From a virus (taxonomy: Duplodnaviria; Caudoviricetes), in IMG/VR virus record IMGVR_UViG_3300027718_000006, positions 71-64,070 of that record: DNA of 64,000 nucleotides; one strand, given 5' to 3'. The notes under the pieces are model-generated. The model made no database searches. It was given only the letters and a program-made list of their open reading frames with translations, and was not told where the DNA came from. Position numbers and translations under genes: made by a program. Position 1 is the stretch's first letter; every line of letters starts with the position of its first letter. Shown one piece after another: positions 37,446 to 46,297 of the stretch.

Positions 37446-38186
37446 TTGACTAAATTCTTACAACATATTATACGAGACGGAGATACACTACAGGGTATTG
37501 CCCAACAACAGTTAGGGAATATGAATGAGTGGGTAAGTTTAGCACAATTTAATGATCTTCGTTACCCTTATATTGTAGATACAGTGGAAGAGAAGATGCA
37601 GAACCCGGACCACCTAGTTACAATCGGGGATGTATTGCTTATTAAGGTGGCAGATGACGTACAGTCAAACCTCATTCAACAGCTTAAGCGTACAACTGAG
37701 TACGACCAAGAGGAGCTATATGCTCTAGCTCTAGGTAAGGACCTAAACATTCTACCTGTTGCAAGGGACCTTACCTCTTCAGGACGAGACTTTGAAACCT
37801 TAGAGCTAAAAGGAGACAACCGAGGGAGCCTAGCTACTGTACGAGGAATTGAAAACCTAAAGCAATCCCTATTCATTCGTCTCTCTACTCCTCGAGGAAG
37901 CTATGTAGGGCACCCTAGATATGGTTCTGACTTACATACGTATGTTGGTATGAAAGGTACAGAGGAAAACGCAGCATTAATAGATTTAGAAATTGAAAGA
38001 ACAATCCGAACAGATAGCCGAGTTACAGCTTGCAATCTGATCAACCGAAGCATTGCAGGGAATACATACACAGCTGCCTTTAGTATTTCTACACTCACAC
38101 TTGAGCAGGCATTCGAATTTGTAGTTTCTGCAAGACAAAACGGACCGATTGTATTGTTAGATAACTATAAAGATTCGATAAATTGA
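37446..38186 (+). CDS. Baseplate wedge protein (LysM-like N-terminus plus gp25-like domain)
   Basis: HIIRDGDTLQGIAQQQLG...W..LAQFNDL and GIENLKQSLFIRLSTPRGSYVGHPRYGS. Confidence 0.82.
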   Translation: MTKFLQHIIRDGDTLQGIAQQQLGNMNEWVSLAQFNDLRYPYIVDTVEEKMQNPDHLVTIGDVLLIKVADDVQSNLIQQLKRTTEYDQEELYALALGKDLNILPVARDLTSSGRDFETLELKGDNRGSLATVRGIENLKQSLFIRLSTPRGSYVGHPRYGSDLHTYVGMKGTEENAALIDLEIERTIRTDSRVTACNLINRSIAGNTYTAAFSISTLTLEQAFEFVVSARQNGPIVLLDNYKDSIN

Positions 38187-38199
38187 GAGGAGGGGCACC

Positions 38200-39246
38200 A
38201 TGCGATTTAAACGTATGTCAGAGATTTATTCCCGTCTAGTGGATTACACAATTACAAATACAAATGAAATTAATGACTTCTCTGTAGGTAGTGCCGCTAG
38301 AGCCCTGTATGAGGCTTTCTCCATTGAGTTAGAGCAATACTATGTATTGACTAGGGAGAACATGACAGAGGCTATAGAACAGGGCGTATACAGCTCATTC
38401 AGCTTCGATAGAAAGAAAGCAATTAAGTCTTATGGAAATGTTCAAGTAACATTCCATAACTCTACACAAACTGATATGATTCTGTCTAGGGGCTCTCGAT
38501 TTAGTTCTAGCTTAGCAGCGTATCCGCAAATCTATGTTACTCAAGTAGACTATATTATCCCTAAAGGTTCTATCATGGCAGAGTTTGAGGTACACTGTAC
38601 CACTGCTGGAACTGTAGGAAATATTCCAGCTAACGTGCTGGATATCATGCAGTCCCCTATTGCAAATGTACGAACTGTAAACAACCCTGCTGCATTCCAG
38701 ACTGGACAAGACCAAGAGCCATTAGAGGAGCAACGTTCTCGTTTTGCGTCCTTTATTAAATCTCTTAGTCGAGGTACAGTTCCTGCGATTGAGTATGGGG
38801 CACGTACAGTCGATGAAGTATCTGGGGTATTTATCGAAGAGGAGACGGGACGTATTAACGTGTACGCACATGATCGTAACGGTAACTTACCTGATGCAGT
38901 AAAGACTAAAATTGAGACAGCAATGTTTGAATATCGACCAGCAGGTATTCCAGTACGAATTTACCCGGTAACTCGTAGAGCGATAGATGTAAATGTAACG
39001 GTTACACTTACAAATAAAGCAGCCGTAACAGAAACATTTAAGACAAGAATCGCTGAAGAGATTTCAAGATATCTGAATAATATGAAAACTTCCCAAAGCT
39101 TAGTATTATCAGACCTATCAAGTGTAATCAAGTACCTAGATAGACAACTCGTATACGATGTACAGTTTACTAACCTAAGCAGCAATGTAAACTTAATGGG
39201 TTCTGAGGTAATTCGAGCAGGGACTGTAACGGTGACACTACAATAG
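38200..39246 (+). CDS. Baseplate J-like protein
   Basis: 348 aa. NDFSVGSAARAL.EA..IELE, GTVGNIPAN, GQDQEPLEE.RSRF..FI.SLSRGT. Confidence 0.9.
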   Translation: MRFKRMSEIYSRLVDYTITNTNEINDFSVGSAARALYEAFSIELEQYYVLTRENMTEAIEQGVYSSFSFDRKKAIKSYGNVQVTFHNSTQTDMILSRGSRFSSSLAAYPQIYVTQVDYIIPKGSIMAEFEVHCTTAGTVGNIPANVLDIMQSPIANVRTVNNPAAFQTGQDQEPLEEQRSRFASFIKSLSRGTVPAIEYGARTVDEVSGVFIEEETGRINVYAHDRNGNLPDAVKTKIETAMFEYRPAGIPVRIYPVTRRAIDVNVTVTLTNKAAVTETFKTRIAEEISRYLNNMKTSQSLVLSDLSSVIKYLDRQLVYDVQFTNLSSNVNLMGSEVIRAGTVTVTLQ

Positions 39247-39261
39247 GAAGGAGGAGCCTAG

Positions 39262-39786
39262 ATGTCATTTTTAAAGCATTTACTACCCGGATGGCGTAGA
39301 AGTATGGAAGATAAAACAAAAGCTAATGCAGCCATCCTAGATGCCTTAGACAGGGAGTTAAAGGATACAGAAGCCGAAACAATAGAAACGAAAGTTTTAA
39401 TGTCCCTTGATTCTTCTTCCGGGGAGTGGTTAGATCAATACGGTAAATTGTTTGGATTACTCAGACAAGATAATGAATCGGATACAGCTTATAGAGCCCG
39501 TATCAAAGGGTATATGGTCCTTCGCAGAGGAAGTATCCCAGCGATTATTGATGCCATACGAGCTTTCCTAAACGATTATGAATCAGTCATCGAGATTTAC
39601 GAACCTTATACAAATGTCTTTATCTTAGGACGCTCTAAGCTAAGCGGTCCCGATCATTTTCTTGGAGAGTACTATACAGTAGCGGTAATCGATATTAAGT
39701 TCTCTCAACCGTTCCCAGAGGGAATTATAGACGTTATTAATGAGTTTAAACCTGCCGGAGTTACAGTACATCTATCCCGGTCATAA
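39262..39786 (+). CDS. Baseplate wedge protein (gpI-like, short form)
   Basis: GEWLDQYGKLFGLLR.DNESD..YRARI and FKPAGVTV motifs; follows baseplate J. Confidence 0.7.
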   Translation: MSFLKHLLPGWRRSMEDKTKANAAILDALDRELKDTEAETIETKVLMSLDSSSGEWLDQYGKLFGLLRQDNESDTAYRARIKGYMVLRRGSIPAIIDAIRAFLNDYESVIEIYEPYTNVFILGRSKLSGPDHFLGEYYTVAVIDIKFSQPFPEGIIDVINEFKPAGVTVHLSRS

Positions 39787-39811
39787 GGAGTCGTTAACAC
39801 GGCTCCTTTTT
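39785..39811 (+). terminator. Intrinsic terminator
   Basis: aaggagtcgt-taac-acggctcctt followed by T residues. Confidence 0.7.
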
Positions 39812-39817
39812 ATTATA

Positions 39818-39855
39818 TGGTATAATAAAGTTATGAACTAGGTACTGTTATATTA
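39818..39855 (+). promoter_or_regulatory. Tandem promoter cassette (TGGTATAAT ... TGTTATATTA)
   Basis: Near-copy of 17256-17295. Confidence 0.6.
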
Positions 39856-39891
39856 GTATTAGACGTATCCCTATTGAAGGAGTGAAATATA

Positions 39892-42800
39892 TTGGCTGAT
39901 GTAAATTTAAACGAACCTCCGTACAATGATCGATTTGACCCGGAGAAAAACTATAATAAAATCCTATTTAAACCAGATATGGCTCTACAACCTTCAGAGC
40001 TAAATGAAATGCAATCGATTAAAGATAACGATATTCGACAACTTGGAGATAGCATTTTCTCAGATGGAGCTATGCAGACAGGTATGTCTTTCTCAATTGA
40101 TTCAACTGCAAAGACAATCACAATCGAGGATGGACGTGTTTACCTAGCAGGTAAAATCCGAGAATTTAAAAAGCAATCTATCGCTTTTAATAGCACTGGA
40201 AATGAGAAGATCGGTGTTAAAGTAGTGCAAACTATTGTTACCTCAGATGACGATGAAACACTATTAGACCCATCTCAAAATACACCTAACTACCTTTCAG
40301 AAGGTGCAGATCGTTTGGTAGAAACTGTAGCATTAACAAACAATGACGATAGTGCTCCTACGATTTATGAATTTAATGACGGTGCATTATTCGTAGAACC
40401 AGCTCGTCCAGAGTTCACTATGATTAACGATGTTTTAGCACAGCGTACATATGAAGAATCTGGCTCATACCAAGTAGAAGGATTTAAAATGTGGGCAGAG
40501 AAGAGCCAAGATAATACGAAAGTAGACTTAGTAATTGACCGAGGAATCGGATATGTATTAGGTTATCGCATTTCTAAACCTACATCTACTCGTATCCCAT
40601 TAAATAAGTCCACAGAATTTAAAAACGTTGCACAGGAAACATATTCATATGATGCGAACGTTCGTAAGAACCAAATTAGCAGCGCATATGTAAAAGAAGT
40701 AAAACAAGTAATGGCACGTACTCTAAGTCCTACAGGTGGAGTTACGATGTCTAAAGGTAATGCAGGTGGACGTGATGGCTTACCAGCTCAATACACAAGC
40801 GTAGACCCTTCTACAGCTATCCTTTGGACTACTAGCCCTGAAGTTTACTACACGTACGGAGCAGACTTTACTCTTATTGAGGACAGCGGAGTAATGTATG
40901 TAAACTGGGATACTGGTCTTAATGGTAAGGAACCTGCTACAGGAACATCATACAAACTATCATTCGAGTATGACCGTGTAATGCAGAACAACGTAGATTA
41001 CAAAGTAACTACAGTTCCGATCGATGGAGTAGCTGGCTGGACTACAACTGTAGACTTTAATGGTATGTCGGGACTTAAGCCTAAAGATAAAAGTTTAGTT
41101 CGTGTAAGCTATGACTACTATTTAGCTCGAGCAGATGTTATTACACTAAACAGCGCTGGACAATTTACGGTTATTCAAGGGCAACCAGATCGTTCAAGCC
41201 TAGTTCAAGCACCTGCACATGAAGACCCGTTAACGCTTAAGATCGGTGAGGTATTTGTTTACCCTAACTCAGATACAGCAACGGCTTTAAATAACGGTGT
41301 ATTCCGTTTAACAATGCCACAGATTGCTAACCTGAAAGACCGGCTAGAGAATGTTGAATATAACCAAGCGATCGAGGCATTAGAGAATAAGGCTATCGTT
41401 ACAGATGACCCATTAACTCTTCGTGGAGTATTTGCAGACGGTTTTGTAGACTTCTCTCGTATGGACTTAAGCTTATCCTCTGTAGCTATGAGCTTTGACG
41501 ATGCTAGTATCACATTACAAGTAAACGCTCCAGAAGATCAAATGAGAGCCCCAGAGTTTGCTAGTAACTCTTCAGTAGCTGCAAGTTGGGGTAGACTTGT
41601 CACAGCCCCTTATACGGAGGTTAAAGAGATTACACAGCCATTAGCAACACAGGCTATGAACATTAATCCGTACGCAGTTTACAATAAATTAGGAGTGTTA
41701 AAATTAACTCCGGGTGCCGATAACTGGATTGAGAACGAAAAGGTTACGGTTAACAAAGAAACAACAGAAACAATCCGTATGGACCGTTGGTGGGCTCACG
41801 GAAGACAAACTTCCTACTACAAGGATCTACGTAAATATGTAGATAATATCGACCTAGACGGAAACCAAAACTGGGACATGGGTTTAGGTTACCAATATGA
41901 TCTAGCTAATGGACGTACAGGTACACTTACAGATGTTTCTACAACAATACGAAACACAGCGATTGAGTTTATCAGACAACGTGATATTACTTTCTCTGCT
42001 TCTAACTTGCAACCAATGTCTAATAACTTATTCTTGACATTTGACGGTCTACGTATTCCGATAACTCCTACTGGTTCTACAGTAAAAGGTTCGGAAACTG
42101 GAACGATCATGGCTAATGCAGCTGGGCAAGCAACAGGTAAATTCACAATCCCGGCAGGTGTTCGTACAGGTATCCGTGAGGTAACTTTACAGAATGCTAG
42201 TAACATGGCTATTGCTACGTATACAGCTCAAGGGACTTTGAAAACTACAGAAGAGGTTATTACAAAAACTCGAGTTACAATTAATCTATATGACCCATTA
42301 GCTCAGTCGTTTGTATTCCCTCAAGACCGAGTAGTAACAAGCTTTGACGTATTCTTTGCTTCTAAGTCTACTACAGACAATATCATTGTGCAAGTACGTG
42401 GGCTATCAGAGGGTGGATTCCCTAACCAAACTGTATACGCAGAACGCATACTAACCCCTGCACAGGTTAAGACATCTGCAAATGCTTCTGTAGCAACAAA
42501 GGTAGCATTAGATGACCCGTTAATGTGTAAGGCTGGACAAAGTTACGCTCTGGTAATGATTACAGACAGTAACGATTATACAGCTTGGATTAGTACACTT
42601 GGTCAGAACCGAGTAGATGCTCCTACGCAAAAGGTAGTTTCACAACCTTATGTAAATGGTGTACTATTCAGTTCATCAAATGCCCGTACATGGACAGTTC
42701 ACCAAGAATCTGATCTTAAGTTCAACGTGTACACTGCGGTATTTGCTGAAGATGCTGTAGTAGAATTTAACTCAATGGCTGATCTTGATTCAGATATGTT

Positions 42801-43371
42801 GCTGTTAATGGCTACTTACTTAACTCCTGCAAACACAGGATGTAAGTGGGAAATTAAAACGGTACCTAAATCGGATGTAGGGACTATCTCCATCGATAGT
42901 GTACCGTGGCAGCCGTTAGTAAACTACTTAGAGCAGACTACAGCAGGAACAGTAATTGGGCTGGTTAAGCTTCGTGCAACATTTAAAGCTAACCGATACA
43001 TTTCTCCAATGTTAACTCTAGAGGATTTAATGTTTGTAAGCTTCATCTCAGAGACAAGCGGAGATTATGTAACTCTAAATATTGATTCTTCAGATGCTCC
43101 ATTTAACACGTTGACGGTAGCGTACGATGCTTCTTTACCTGCTGGAACGACTGTAACTCCTAAATACTCTCTAGACGGAGGGCAGACGTGGAATACACTA
43201 CCAGCTCCGACAGTATCTGTTCAGTCTACAGAGTTCAGTCGCTATACGCATACAAAAACGGTTACGGCTAATAGCAAGCAGCTTAAGTTAAAACTAGAGC
43301 TACGAGCAGATAATCGATTCGTACGCCCACGGGTGCGAAGATTTACAGCAGTATTTAAGAATGAAGTATAA
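39892..43371 (+). CDS. Large adsorption-associated tail/baseplate protein (DUF4815-like)
   Basis: 1159 aa. PYNDRFDPEKNYNKILFKPD.ALQ.SELNEMQSI, LRGVFADGFVDFSRMD, YDPLAQSF. Confidence 0.88.
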   Translation: MADVNLNEPPYNDRFDPEKNYNKILFKPDMALQPSELNEMQSIKDNDIRQLGDSIFSDGAMQTGMSFSIDSTAKTITIEDGRVYLAGKIREFKKQSIAFNSTGNEKIGVKVVQTIVTSDDDETLLDPSQNTPNYLSEGADRLVETVALTNNDDSAPTIYEFNDGALFVEPARPEFTMINDVLAQRTYEESGSYQVEGFKMWAEKSQDNTKVDLVIDRGIGYVLGYRISKPTSTRIPLNKSTEFKNVAQETYSYDANVRKNQISSAYVKEVKQVMARTLSPTGGVTMSKGNAGGRDGLPAQYTSVDPSTAILWTTSPEVYYTYGADFTLIEDSGVMYVNWDTGLNGKEPATGTSYKLSFEYDRVMQNNVDYKVTTVPIDGVAGWTTTVDFNGMSGLKPKDKSLVRVSYDYYLARADVITLNSAGQFTVIQGQPDRSSLVQAPAHEDPLTLKIGEVFVYPNSDTATALNNGVFRLTMPQIANLKDRLENVEYNQAIEALENKAIVTDDPLTLRGVFADGFVDFSRMDLSLSSVAMSFDDASITLQVNAPEDQMRAPEFASNSSVAASWGRLVTAPYTEVKEITQPLATQAMNINPYAVYNKLGVLKLTPGADNWIENEKVTVNKETTETIRMDRWWAHGRQTSYYKDLRKYVDNIDLDGNQNWDMGLGYQYDLANGRTGTLTDVSTTIRNTAIEFIRQRDITFSASNLQPMSNNLFLTFDGLRIPITPTGSTVKGSETGTIMANAAGQATGKFTIPAGVRTGIREVTLQNASNMAIATYTAQGTLKTTEEVITKTRVTINLYDPLAQSFVFPQDRVVTSFDVFFASKSTTDNIIVQVRGLSEGGFPNQTVYAERILTPAQVKTSANASVATKVALDDPLMCKAGQSYALVMITDSNDYTAWISTLGQNRVDAPTQKVVSQPYVNGVLFSSSNARTWTVHQESDLKFNVYTAVFAEDAVVEFNSMADLDSDMLLLMATYLTPANTGCKWEIKTVPKSDVGTISIDSVPWQPLVNYLEQTTAGTVIGLVKLRATFKANRYISPMLTLEDLMFVSFISETSGDYVTLNIDSSDAPFNTLTVAYDASLPAGTTVTPKYSLDGGQTWNTLPAPTVSVQSTEFSRYTHTKTVTANSKQLKLKLELRADNRFVRPRVRRFTAVFKNEV

Positions 43372-43383
43372 GGAGTGAATTAA

Positions 43384-43551
43384 ATGCCATTAGAGAAGCG
43401 TGACCCGGGCTCTAAAGCACGGTTGTTTATTCCTACAAATAGAGAGAGGTCTTTGGTGGAATCCCAGAGACTTCTCAAAGAGAATCTAGCAGACGTAGAG
43501 GCTTTGAAAAAAGAGCTACAGGAATTGCTTGATAAAGCAAAAAAGAAGTAA
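43384..43551 (+). CDS. Small coiled-coil protein, 55 aa (absent from the ORF track)
   Basis: SD aaggag; MPLEKRDPGSKARLFIPTNRERSLVESQRLLKENLADVEALKKELQELLDKAKKK*. Confidence 0.75.
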   Translation: MPLEKRDPGSKARLFIPTNRERSLVESQRLLKENLADVEALKKELQELLDKAKKK

Positions 43552-43615
43552 CTTTAGCTATATTAGAGGGGAGAGAAATCTCCCCTATTTTACATAAAAG
43601 ATTGGAGGCAACACA

Positions 43616-44704
43616 ATGTCAAACAAACCTCTTGATAGAGATAATATGTATTTTAACCTTAATGACCCAACACCAGATATAATTAAAGCAATTATGGAGC
43701 TTAAACAGAGCATAGGAGAGGGCAGTACGGGAAGCACTAATCTAGACTACAGAGGGGTAAACGTTTTTGGTAGATGGAGACCCAGCGTATTCAGAGGAGC
43801 CCGAGCTACACAGATGATCGATATAGCTAAAGAAGCTAATATGAACATTATGGTACTATGTACCTCAAACCCTATGACAACATATACCTCTACTACTTTT
43901 GAAGGGCAGGAACAGCCTGACGCTGATATTAGAGACTTCTGTAACCAAGCACGTAGCAAAGGTTTAATGGTAGCATTAAAGCCGCACGTAGAAGTAAGGG
44001 ACGGTACATGGAGAGGAAGAATCGCCCCTACGAACGTTGCTACATGGTTTTCAAACTATAAAACGTGGATGGTACAGCAAGCTACTTTAGCTCAGAGTGT
44101 AGGCGCTGAATTTTTCTGTCTAGGTTGTGAAATGATTAGTATGTCTATTGGAGACTACCGCTCTTATTGGGAGGACTTAATTTCAGCTGTCCGCTCTGTA
44201 TTCTCTGGTAAGTTGACATACGCAGCTAATGGTGACGGTTCTCGTTATGATAATGAAATTTTCACTTGCTGCTTTATCGATCTACTAGATTTTGCAGGGA
44301 TTGATTTTTACGGTCGTATGACAGACAAAGACAACCCAACAGTTAGTGAAATGATTGACGCATGGTATTTAAACTCTCAAGGAGTAAACTGGGTACAAAC
44401 TTTAGAGAAATGGCAACTATCACACGGTAAACCTGTAGTATTTACTGAGATTGGAATGGCTCGAGTGGACGGAGCTAATAAGGCACCCGGAACAACCTTT
44501 AGCGGTACAGAAGATAACCAAGAGCAAGCTGACTATATTACAGCTATGTTTCATGTACTACGTAAAAGAAATGCATGGGTGAAAGGTCTATGGTGGTGGG
44601 ATATCACAACAGAGACTACAGATTCATATTCATTTGAGCATGAGCCTTCATTTAGTGCTATGAAAAACGGATTTGCGGCGGACTACAAAGGAGTGAATGA
44701 ATAA
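43616..44704 (+). CDS. TIM-barrel glycoside hydrolase, GH113-like (clan GH-A)
   Basis: LMVALKPHV, WRGRIAP....WFSNY, GCEM (acid/base Glu), YWEDLISAVRSVFSGKLTYAAN, LDFAGIDFY, GKPVVFTEIG (nucleophile Glu). Confidence 0.78.
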   Translation: MSNKPLDRDNMYFNLNDPTPDIIKAIMELKQSIGEGSTGSTNLDYRGVNVFGRWRPSVFRGARATQMIDIAKEANMNIMVLCTSNPMTTYTSTTFEGQEQPDADIRDFCNQARSKGLMVALKPHVEVRDGTWRGRIAPTNVATWFSNYKTWMVQQATLAQSVGAEFFCLGCEMISMSIGDYRSYWEDLISAVRSVFSGKLTYAANGDGSRYDNEIFTCCFIDLLDFAGIDFYGRMTDKDNPTVSEMIDAWYLNSQGVNWVQTLEKWQLSHGKPVVFTEIGMARVDGANKAPGTTFSGTEDNQEQADYITAMFHVLRKRNAWVKGLWWWDITTETTDSYSFEHEPSFSAMKNGFAADYKGVNE

Positions 44705-45927
44705 TGAGTAATTTAGAAAGAGGTGCAACAGCCGGAGGTTATACTATTTTAACTACTAGAGATTTCCCGATTGTACTCCCTAAGTTAGGTAACTCTATGA
44801 TTAGTTCTCTTGCTGACGTAGGTAAATACACTAAGATCGCTACTGTAGAAATCCCTAACCAATATAACCAAACGTACGCAGTTATTAAAGTAACAGGAGG
44901 GGAGAATGGAGCAGCAACATACCAGCATGCGGATATCTTTTTCCGAGTTAAACAGCAGGCGGCTATGGGCTCTGCTCCAGTAGTTAACGTAGTAGTATCA
45001 AACCCTATAGGAATGACCTCTACTGATGTGGCTGCTGTTGTAGTTAAAAATGATTCATCTTTAACAAGAGTAGAGCTGTATGTAAAAATCAAGTTTTCAT
45101 TTGATGTACTTCGATACCGAGTTATCCATGAAATTTTCGGAGAGTATCTGAAAATAGTTAATGGTCTTCAGTATCTATCTACACTCCCATCGGGGACTCA
45201 AGTTTCTGGTGTATTAGAGGATGGGTCTTTTAATAATTTGACAATGGGTGGGAAGACTGTAATTACCACAGACCATACAAGTGCTAGTGACCCACATACC
45301 CAGTACGTAAGAAAAATGCCATACAAGACATCAAATACAGGAGCTACTGCTAGTCAGTGGGCATTAATCGGTACAGTTACTATGACAGCACAGTACCAAA
45401 TGGCTAGCGGCTTAATCAGCTTCTTGAGTGGGGTTTCGGGCGTTACAAACGCTCAAAGAGGGTTAGTCTACTTTAGAGTTAAGCAGCAGGCAGCTATGGG
45501 GTCCGCCCCTGTTATAGAGACTTTCTTAATGAATAACAATAGCTCATTTTTGACAACTGACATTATGACTATTGTAACATCCAATACATCATCTCAAACT
45601 GTAATCCAGTTATACGCGAGAATTAATGGTGTATATGAGGAATTATATTTTAACCCTCTACATGAATTAACTAACCCGGTATCTGGAACGATTGTTAATA
45701 TCGTTTGGGCTAATCTAGCACCACTTGTTGCAACAACAGGAGCATTACCAGCCGGAACTCAACAGACAGCTCAATACCAGCAAACAATTACTACTAGTGC
45801 AACTGCAAATAGACCGACATCGGGCACCTATGCAGGAATGCCTCATTTTGATACAACTCTTAATAAGCCAATTTGGAGAAATGCTACTAACAATGGCTGG
45901 GTTGACTCAACAGGAACTACAGTATAG
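44704..45927 (+). CDS. Tail fibre / receptor-binding-like protein with an internal domain duplication
   Basis: FRVKQQAAMGSAPV occurs twice; C-terminal TANRPT...FDTTLNKPIW...WVDSTGTTV motif. Confidence 0.65.
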   Translation: MSNLERGATAGGYTILTTRDFPIVLPKLGNSMISSLADVGKYTKIATVEIPNQYNQTYAVIKVTGGENGAATYQHADIFFRVKQQAAMGSAPVVNVVVSNPIGMTSTDVAAVVVKNDSSLTRVELYVKIKFSFDVLRYRVIHEIFGEYLKIVNGLQYLSTLPSGTQVSGVLEDGSFNNLTMGGKTVITTDHTSASDPHTQYVRKMPYKTSNTGATASQWALIGTVTMTAQYQMASGLISFLSGVSGVTNAQRGLVYFRVKQQAAMGSAPVIETFLMNNNSSFLTTDIMTIVTSNTSSQTVIQLYARINGVYEELYFNPLHELTNPVSGTIVNIVWANLAPLVATTGALPAGTQQTAQYQQTITTSATANRPTSGTYAGMPHFDTTLNKPIWRNATNNGWVDSTGTTV

Positions 45928-45939
45928 AACTATTTTTTA

Positions 45940-45969
45940 AAGACATCCGAAAGGGTGTCTTTTTTTTTT
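45940..45969 (+). terminator. Intrinsic terminator ending the structural region, identical to 16273-16301
   Basis: aagacatcc-gaaa-gggtgtctt followed by a T run. Confidence 0.9.
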
Positions 45970-46051
45970 GTCCTATTTTGAACCCTTGATACATAAGGAT
46001 TCCTGACAAATTACTACACTACTTTGTCATATTTTAATTCTGACTGCTCCC

Positions 46052-46170
46052 TATATATTTATTAATATAATTATATATAATAACTTAATATAAATAGTTT
46101 ATATAATATTATATAAATAATAATTAAATAATATAATACAGACACAATAAAATTATAATAGGCGCATTCA
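46052..46170. other. Extremely AT-rich non-coding tract (candidate replication origin / unwinding element)
   Basis: About 120 nt of almost pure A/T between the late and replication modules. Confidence 0.5.
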
Positions 46171-46297
46171 GAACTAAAATACGACAAAAACCTAATCATA
46201 TCAGGCAATTAAAATAGGTCATATCACTGGAGTTGTCTGTAACTTTATGGTACAATAGAGTAGTACATACAGAATGATTAGGAGGAATGTTCAAAAT

